The notes beneath the pieces are model-generated. The model was not told the origin of the DNA. It worked only from the letters and a program-made list of their open reading frames with translations, and did not search any database. The position numbers and the translations under genes are program-made. Below, piece after piece: positions 26,355 through 32,801 of a DNA stretch of 32,801 nucleotides (its first letter is position 1; every line of letters starts with the position of its first letter). Where the stretch lies: positions 1-32,801 of IMG/VR virus record IMGVR_UViG_3300048630_000023. One strand, written 5' to 3'. This DNA is from a virus. Lineage: Duplodnaviria > Caudoviricetes.

Positions 26355-28907
26355 ATGAGTGTTGATTTTTTCTATACTACGGTTGCTCGTTCTGGCAATG
26401 ATATATTATATAATGGGTATGATAGAGATGGTAATTTTATATCAGAGAGAGTGAAGTTTGAACCAACTATGTATTTAGAGTGCAATTCTGATGCGGAAGA
26501 TTACTATAAATTTGGTAATTCTAATAAAGATTGGTTGTCTATTCAAGGTGTACCTTTAAAGGAAATGAAATTCAGTAGTATGAAAGAGTCTACTGAATTT
26601 ATTTCTAGATACAATGATACTGATATTTCTATCCATGGTATGTCTAATTATATATCTCAATATATCTATAATAGATATTCAAATGATATAGAATATAATG
26701 AGAAGTTTATTAATGTATCTAATATTGATATTGAAGTTGAGTCTGGTGATGGTTTTCCGGATCCACAAATAAGTGCCCAACCTATAACTGCAATAACTGT
26801 TAAAGATAATGAGAATATATATTATGTCTTTGGTTATAGGGATTATGATGTTGACAAATCACCACATAAACATTTAAATATTAAATATATTAGATGTTTG
26901 GATGAGAGTGATCTTTTAAAACGTTTTATAAAGTTTTGGTCATCACCAGAACATAGACCAGATGTGATAACTGGGTGGAATATTAAATTTTTTGATATCC
27001 CATATATTGTTAATCGTGTACAAATAGTACTTGGTAAATATTACGTTAGTAAGATTTCCCCATGGAAAATTGTTCGTGATCGACGTACTATTAAGATGGG
27101 AAAGGAACATCAATATTATAGTATTGTTGGTGTTGAACAGGTGGATTATATAGATTTATATAAAAAGTTTACATATGTAAATAGAGAGTCATATAGATTA
27201 GATCATATTGCGTATGTTGAATTGGGTGATCGTAAACTAGATTACTCTGAACATTCTAGTTTGCATGAGTTGTATTTAAATGATTTTCAATTGTATATTG
27301 ATTATAATATAAAAGATGTTGAAATTGTTGACAGGTTGGATGATAAATTACGGTTAATGTCTTTGTGTTTTACTATGGCGTATAAGGCGGGTGTTAATTA
27401 TGATTCGGTGTTTGGTACTACATTGATATGGGATACTTATATATATAGATTATTGTGTGGTAGAAATATGCTTCCACCACCAAAAAAGGAAAATATTAAG
27501 TCTACATTTGCCGGTGGATATGTTAAACCACCGATTTTAGGTAAACATGAGTGGGTTGTGTCATTTGATTTAAATAGTCTATATCCTATGTTATTACAAC
27601 AATATAACATGTCGCCTGAGACAATTTTACCATCTAGTACTAGTGGTGTTGATGTCGAGTCTTGTTTGAATGTGAAAGAGTTTGACAGACAATATGATTC
27701 GGCAGACATAACTATGGCTGCAAATGGAACACATTATAGAACAGATGTTGTTGGTGTGATACCATCTGTAATTGATAAGTTGTATTCGGAACGTCTTGTT
27801 ATTAAATCTGATATGATTACACTTAAGAAGAAACGTGAAGTGGAATCTGGTAATAATTTAGATAATAATATATCATCATTACATAATCAACAATTAGCTA
27901 TTAAGATTATGATGAACGCATTATATGGTGCTATGGGTAATCCATATTTTAGATATTATGATTTGAGAGTTGCTGAGGCTGTTACTTTATCTGGACAATT
28001 ATCTATTAAGTGGGCAGAGAAATATATGAATGAGTATATTGATAGTATTTTAGGAACTACCTGTGGTGATTATGTTGTTGCTATTGATACTGATTCATTA
28101 TATGTTAATTTTACTCCTTTAGTTAGTAAATTGGGATTACCGGTTTCTGATAAATCTAAGGTTGTTGATATTCTTGACAAGATATGTAAAGAAAAGTTTG
28201 AACCAATGTTGTTATCTGCGTATTTGGATTTATATAATTATATGGGTTGTTATGAAAACAAGATGGTTATGTCACGTGAAGTTATTGCAGATGTTGGTAT
28301 ATGGACATCCAAGAAACGATATATATTAAATGTATATGATGATGAGGGTGTTAGATATTCTACACCTAAATTGAAGATGATGGGTATAGAGGCAGTTAGA
28401 AGTTCTACTCCTGAACGATGTAGAGAAAAAATTAAAGAGTCTTTGGGAATTATAATTAATAAAAATAATGATGATTTAATAGACTTTATTGATGATTTCA
28501 GATTGGAATTTAAAAAAATGGATATAATGGATATATCATTTCCACGTGGTATTAATGAAGGTATTAACAAATATTATAGTAGTAGAGATGTATATATTAA
28601 AGGTACTCCAATACATGTAAAGGGTGCTTTATTTTATAATTTTTTACTTGGTGATTTGGGTTTAAGTAGTAAATATCAAACTATTAAATCGGGTGATAAG
28701 ATAAAGTTTTGTTATTTAATAGTACCGAATCCTATTAATAATAATACTATTTCTATGTTGGATGTGTTGCCCCCAGAATTTAAATTAAATAAGTATATTA
28801 ATTATGACATTCAATTTACTAAATCATTTTTAGATCCAATTAAGACAATAACCGATTCTATTGGTTGGGATGTTGAACATAGAAATGTTTTAGATGATTT
28901 TTTATAA
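26355..28907 (+). CDS. gp43: Family B DNA polymerase gp43
   Basis: Exo DIE, GWN..FFDIPY, YNIKDV; Pol SFDLNSLYP, K..MNALYG, DTDS, KKRY. Unsplit, with no visible intein. Confidence 0.98.
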   Translation: MSVDFFYTTVARSGNDILYNGYDRDGNFISERVKFEPTMYLECNSDAEDYYKFGNSNKDWLSIQGVPLKEMKFSSMKESTEFISRYNDTDISIHGMSNYISQYIYNRYSNDIEYNEKFINVSNIDIEVESGDGFPDPQISAQPITAITVKDNENIYYVFGYRDYDVDKSPHKHLNIKYIRCLDESDLLKRFIKFWSSPEHRPDVITGWNIKFFDIPYIVNRVQIVLGKYYVSKISPWKIVRDRRTIKMGKEHQYYSIVGVEQVDYIDLYKKFTYVNRESYRLDHIAYVELGDRKLDYSEHSSLHELYLNDFQLYIDYNIKDVEIVDRLDDKLRLMSLCFTMAYKAGVNYDSVFGTTLIWDTYIYRLLCGRNMLPPPKKENIKSTFAGGYVKPPILGKHEWVVSFDLNSLYPMLLQQYNMSPETILPSSTSGVDVESCLNVKEFDRQYDSADITMAANGTHYRTDVVGVIPSVIDKLYSERLVIKSDMITLKKKREVESGNNLDNNISSLHNQQLAIKIMMNALYGAMGNPYFRYYDLRVAEAVTLSGQLSIKWAEKYMNEYIDSILGTTCGDYVVAIDTDSLYVNFTPLVSKLGLPVSDKSKVVDILDKICKEKFEPMLLSAYLDLYNYMGCYENKMVMSREVIADVGIWTSKKRYILNVYDDEGVRYSTPKLKMMGIEAVRSSTPERCREKIKESLGIIINKNNDDLIDFIDDFRLEFKKMDIMDISFPRGINEGINKYYSSRDVYIKGTPIHVKGALFYNFLLGDLGLSSKYQTIKSGDKIKFCYLIVPNPINNNTISMLDVLPPEFKLNKYINYDIQFTKSFLDPIKTITDSIGWDVEHRNVLDDFL

Positions 28908-28919
28908 GGAGAGAAGTAT

Positions 28920-29975
28920 ATGGGGTTAATGGAACGAATGAGGAAGAATTCTACTTTACAAGATAGAATTTCCGTATTGAGAGATTCTATTTATTTGAAT
29001 GACAACGACGTGGTGACTACTAAAGTTCCTGCTATTAATATTGCCTTTTCTGGAAGTCCTTTTGGTGGATTTAGTTCTGGGTTGACTATGATTGCTGGAC
29101 CATCAAAACATTTTAAAACTGCTTTTGGTTTATTATGCATGAAATCGTATATGGATAAGTATGAAGATTCTATATGTATATTTTATGACAGTGAATTTGG
29201 TACACCACAATCATATTTTGATACATTTGAGATTGATACTAGTAGAGTGTTACATGTTCCTGTTACAGATTTAGAGGAACTTAAATTTGATATTATGAAA
29301 CAAGTGAAGGAAATCAGTCGTGATGATAGAATATTTATTATGATAGATTCTGTTGGTAATTTAGCATCGAAAAAAGAGGTTGATGATGCTCATTCTGAGA
29401 AGAGTGCTGCTGATATGACAAGGGCTAAACAATTTAAGTCATTATTTAGGATGGTTACACCACATTTAACATTAAAAGATATTCCGTTGATTGTTATTAA
29501 TCATACGTATGATACACAAGAAATGTATTCAAGACAAGTGGTGTCGGGTGGTAAGGGTGCATATTATTCTTCAGATAATATATGGATTGTTGGTAGACAA
29601 CAAGAAAAGGCTGGTTCTGATCTGATGGGTTATAATTTTATAATTAATATAGAGAAATCTAGGTATGTTAAAGAGAAGTCAAAGATACCTATAAATGTTT
29701 CTTTTGAGAATGGTTTGGATAGGTGGTCTGGTTTGCTTGACATGGCAGTAGATTGTGGTATAATAAAGAGATCTGGTGGGTGGTATAATCTTATTGATTT
29801 AGAAACTGGTGAGATTATAGATAAAAAGTTTAGATCATCAACTACAAATAATATAGAATTTTGGAACCCTATATTAAAATCTGAGAAATTTTTAACTTAT
29901 TTAAGTAATACGTATTGTATATCAAGTAATAAGTCGATTATGACTGATGATGATTATTTGTTTAATACTGAGTAG
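28920..29975 (+). CDS. uvsX: RecA-like recombinase UvsX
   Basis: AGPSKHFKT, FYDSEFG, IDS.GNLASKKE, DMTRAK..KSLFR, NHTY, KSRYVKEKSKIP. Confidence 0.96.
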   Translation: MGLMERMRKNSTLQDRISVLRDSIYLNDNDVVTTKVPAINIAFSGSPFGGFSSGLTMIAGPSKHFKTAFGLLCMKSYMDKYEDSICIFYDSEFGTPQSYFDTFEIDTSRVLHVPVTDLEELKFDIMKQVKEISRDDRIFIMIDSVGNLASKKEVDDAHSEKSAADMTRAKQFKSLFRMVTPHLTLKDIPLIVINHTYDTQEMYSRQVVSGGKGAYYSSDNIWIVGRQQEKAGSDLMGYNFIINIEKSRYVKEKSKIPINVSFENGLDRWSGLLDMAVDCGIIKRSGGWYNLIDLETGEIIDKKFRSSTTNNIEFWNPILKSEKFLTYLSNTYCISSNKSIMTDDDYLFNTE

Positions 29976-29984
29976 GGAATTGTT

Positions 29985-30380
29985 ATGGATAATATGGATG
30001 AATTAAAGAAATTAAGTGATTGTGCTACTTTTATGACTTCAGAAGATGGTGTATCAGAATTTAAGAAAATGTATGAAGTGGTAGAGTCTGAACATGAGGA
30101 TTATTATGCTATTAGAATTAAGACTGGGGAATATAAAGACATTATATATAAATATGACGGTGTTAATATTGATGAGAGTGGTGATGAATTAACTATCAAG
30201 TATGGGTATAATACGTTGGTTGGTAATAATAAGTTTACAGTTGAGACCGCAGATAGTTCAGATGAATTTAAAGTATTAGTTGGTAAGATTTTAAATTTTG
30301 TTTTATATGAATATGTTGATAAATATGAGAGTGTAGATGAGTCTAACGGAATTGATGATATTGAAGAACTTAACACATAA
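29985..30380 (+). CDS. gp40-like protein (head vertex assembly chaperone-like)
   Basis: Occupies the T4 gp40 position between uvsX and gp41; AIRI..G.Y....Y.Y..V...E and F...VG.IL pattern. Confidence 0.55.
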   Translation: MDNMDELKKLSDCATFMTSEDGVSEFKKMYEVVESEHEDYYAIRIKTGEYKDIIYKYDGVNIDESGDELTIKYGYNTLVGNNKFTVETADSSDEFKVLVGKILNFVLYEYVDKYESVDESNGIDDIEELNT

Positions 30381-31710
30381 TGAAGAATATTGTAGAAAGG
30401 TATTGCCTTATGTCAAGAGTGATTATTTTAGCGAAGATAAATATAGAACATTATATGATATAATTGATAATTATTTCGAACATTATAATAATGTTCCAAC
30501 TACAAATGCTTTACGGATTAGTTTAGATTCTGTTAATATAAACGATAATTTGTATGGTAATGTGGTTAGTGTTGTTGATGTATTAGATGATTATATTAAA
30601 GAGGATTTGGAATATGTAGTTAATACTACGGAAGATTGGTGTCAAGAACGAGCTTTATATAATGCTGTTTTGGAGTCAATTAGTATAATTGATGATGTTG
30701 GTGAAAAGGATAAAGGACAAATACCGAAGATATTGAGTGATGCTCTGGCTGTTTCATTTGATACTAATGTTGGACATGATTTTATAGGTGATTATGAGAA
30801 GAGGTTTGATTTTTATAATGAAAAGGAGGAAAAAATCCCATTTCATTTAGATAAATTTAATAAGATAACTAATGGTGGTGTACCAAGAAAGACTTTAAAT
30901 ATTGCGATGGCTGGAACTGGTGTTGGAAAATCTCTATTTATGTGTGATTTGGCTGCTTCACATATGATGAGTGGGTATAGTGTATTGTATATTACATTGG
31001 AGATGTCAGAAGAAAAGATTGCAGAACGAATTGATGCTAATTTATTAGATATTCCAATACATCAATTGAAGGATCTTAGTTTGGACGTATATACTAAACG
31101 TATTGATCGTGTTAAGAAAAAGAGTACTGGTAAGTTGATAATAAAAGAATATCCTACTGCTTCGGCGTCGGTTAGTCATTTTAATCATTTGTTAAATGAG
31201 TTGTGGATTAAGAGTTCATTTAAACCAGATGTTATTTTTATAGATTATTTGAATATATGTAGTTCTTCTAGATTGAAGAATGGTAGTAATGTGAATTCGT
31301 ATACTTTAATTAAATCAATTGCAGAAGAAGTACGTGGACTTGCTGTAGAACATAACGTTCCAATATTTAGTGCTACACAAGTTAATAGACAAGGATTTGT
31401 ATCTTCTGACATAGGTTTAGAAGATACATCGGAGAGTTTTGGATTACCAGCTACAGCTGATTTGATGTTTGCGTTAATGTCTAATGATGAATTAGAACAA
31501 ATGAATCAGATTATGGTGAAACAATTAAAGAATAGATATAATGATCCTAATGTAACTAAACGGTTTGTTGTTGGGATTGATAAATCTAAAATGAGGTTAT
31601 ATGATGTGTCCGATAATGCACAATCAACTATAACTAATGAAAGGGGTGGTAATGATGTCACGACTAAGAATTTTAATAAACGTATAGGAAATGTGGAGAT
31701 AGTATTATGA
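30337..31710 (+). CDS. gp41: Replicative DNA helicase gp41
   Basis: AGTGVGKSL, YITLEM.EE.IAERIDAN, IKEYPT, IDYLNIC, SIAEE.RG, ATQ.NR, SESFGLPATAD, KQLKNRY.D. Confidence 0.97.
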   Translation: MSLTELMILKNLTHNEEYCRKVLPYVKSDYFSEDKYRTLYDIIDNYFEHYNNVPTTNALRISLDSVNINDNLYGNVVSVVDVLDDYIKEDLEYVVNTTEDWCQERALYNAVLESISIIDDVGEKDKGQIPKILSDALAVSFDTNVGHDFIGDYEKRFDFYNEKEEKIPFHLDKFNKITNGGVPRKTLNIAMAGTGVGKSLFMCDLAASHMMSGYSVLYITLEMSEEKIAERIDANLLDIPIHQLKDLSLDVYTKRIDRVKKKSTGKLIIKEYPTASASVSHFNHLLNELWIKSSFKPDVIFIDYLNICSSSRLKNGSNVNSYTLIKSIAEEVRGLAVEHNVPIFSATQVNRQGFVSSDIGLEDTSESFGLPATADLMFALMSNDELEQMNQIMVKQLKNRYNDPNVTKRFVVGIDKSKMRLYDVSDNAQSTITNERGGNDVTTKNFNKRIGNVEIVL

Positions 31711-32444
31711 GTAAAAAAGATGTTGAGACTGTTGAAGTTGAAGAAAGTGTTGAACCAACACTTGAGTTGGAAGATATAACAGAAGATTCTACTGAAAGTA
31801 AAGATGACTTTGTAGTTATTGAACCTGACATGAATAAGGCTTTTATCACAGTATATGAAAATGCGGTAGATGCTGAATGGTGTGATAAGGTTGTTAAGTT
31901 TTTTGATGAAAATGAAGATAAACAACGATTGGTTGAACATGAAGATTTTCGGTGTTTTAATGAATTGAATTTATTTGATGAAGAACTTGTTAGGGGGGAG
32001 AAACCAACTACTGAATCTTCTAAGTTGTCTGTTGAATTTATGCATTTGATTTATAATTATATTGAGAGTTATCGTAGATTTTATAACATATCATTTTTTC
32101 CATCTAATGCTGCGTGTGAGGAAATTCGTATAAAGAAGTATGATCATACAGAAAATCATTTTTTTAATTATCATGTTGATGTTGGTGATCATGCATCTGC
32201 AAGAAGATTTTTGGTTATATTTTTATATTTAAATGATGTTGAGGAAGGCGGTGAAACTATATTTCCTGAATATGGTATTAATATTAAACCCAAGAAAGGT
32301 ACTATATCTATATTTCCTCCATTTTGGACACACCCACATTTGGGAGAACAACCAAAATCTAATGATAAATATATTATTGGTACATATATGCATTATTTGG
32401 ATGGTTCTGTTGAAGAATCTGACAAAACAGACGAGAAAGAATAG
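31707..32444 (+). CDS. 2OG-Fe(II) oxygenase (prolyl-4-hydroxylase-like)
   Basis: HxD (YHVD), RFL...LYLNDV.EGGET.F, FPP.WTHPH (distal His), KYI; acidic N-terminal extension. Confidence 0.88.
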   Translation: MSKKDVETVEVEESVEPTLELEDITEDSTESKDDFVVIEPDMNKAFITVYENAVDAEWCDKVVKFFDENEDKQRLVEHEDFRCFNELNLFDEELVRGEKPTTESSKLSVEFMHLIYNYIESYRRFYNISFFPSNAACEEIRIKKYDHTENHFFNYHVDVGDHASARRFLVIFLYLNDVEEGGETIFPEYGINIKPKKGTISIFPPFWTHPHLGEQPKSNDKYIIGTYMHYLDGSVEESDKTDEKE

Positions 32445-32801
32445 TGTATACTTATAATGCTATTTTAAAACGGATCGTAGATGGTGATACCTTAGATGCC
32501 TATATTGATTTAGGGTTTGATGTCTCAGTCACAAAAAGAATCAGATTGAACGCTATTAATGCTGCCGAGTCAAGGACAACGTTTTTGCAAGAAAAGGAAT
32601 TGGGGTTGGCAGCTAAACATCGTTTATATGAGATAATAGATAATAATGATGGTGAGTTTATTATAAAATCACATGGCGTTGGTAAGTATGGTAGAGTTCT
32701 TGGTGAATTGTTTATAACTGAATCTGATGTTAGAAGTATTAATGATACACTTGTTATGGAAGGGTTTGCTGTGCCATATGATGGTGGTAAAAAGATGAAT
32801 A
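32444..32801 (+). CDS. Thermonuclease (SNase-like) family protein, truncated by the window end; absent from the ORF track
   Basis: GTG overlaps the upstream TAG. Translates as MYTYNAILKRIVDGDTLDAYIDLGFDVSVTKRIRLNAINAAESRT...EKELGLAAK...GKYGRVLGEL...SINDTLVMEGFAVPYDGGKK, with the VDGDT, R.RL and KYGR.L SNase motifs. Confidence 0.88.
   Translation, partial: MYTYNAILKRIVDGDTLDAYIDLGFDVSVTKRIRLNAINAAESRTTFLQEKELGLAAKHRLYEIIDNNDGEFIIKSHGVGKYGRVLGELFITESDVRSINDTLVMEGFAVPYDGGKKMN

Noticed and set aside
26355-28907. Intein, intron or split in the polymerase (also considered for gp17, gp41, uvsX, gp46)
   Set aside because: Lengths are normal, motifs are contiguous, and no splice-junction or homing endonuclease motifs were seen.
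30147-30154. TATAAATA within the gp40-like gene
   Set aside because: Intragenic, in an AT-rich Tyr-Lys-Tyr codon run upstream of a non-late gene; likely chance.
460-31940. Numerous minus-strand and nested ORFs of 60-144 aa in the ORF track
   Set aside because: All lie opposite or within well-supported conserved genes, show no recognisable motifs, and are expected shadow ORFs.
65-32444. Alternative genetic code or stop-codon reassignment
   Set aside because: Core genes are full length under the standard code, and TAA, TAG and TGA all occur as genuine gene ends.

Overview
AT-rich, gene-dense, all-plus-strand core segment of a T4-like (marine-type, Kyanoviridae-like gene order) myovirus. In order: a 1016-aa mosaic fibre protein; the neck, tail and head module (gp13, 14, 15, 16, 17, 18, 19, 20, 68-like, 21, 22, 23, then a terminator and gp3); uvsY and uvsW; then the late sigma factor and replication module (gp55, 47, 46, 45, 44, 62, regA, gp43, uvsX, gp40-like, gp41); a 2OG-Fe(II) oxygenase; and a thermonuclease-like gene cut by the window edge and missing from the ORF track. 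Structural genes follow intergenic TATAAATA late promoters; the replication block follows consensus sigma70 promoters. The two most unusual observations are (1) a near-exact copy of the predicted mature N-terminus of the major capsid protein (ANVVGxGMSPT) inside the acidic tandem repeat of the scaffold gp22, and (2) a mirror-symmetric element upstream of gp55 with two back-to-back sigma70 promoters built from a 17-bp inverted repeat plus an overlapping 20-bp palindrome, next to an apparent shift in strand/codon bias. Gene calls rest on motif recognition and synteny, not on database searches.
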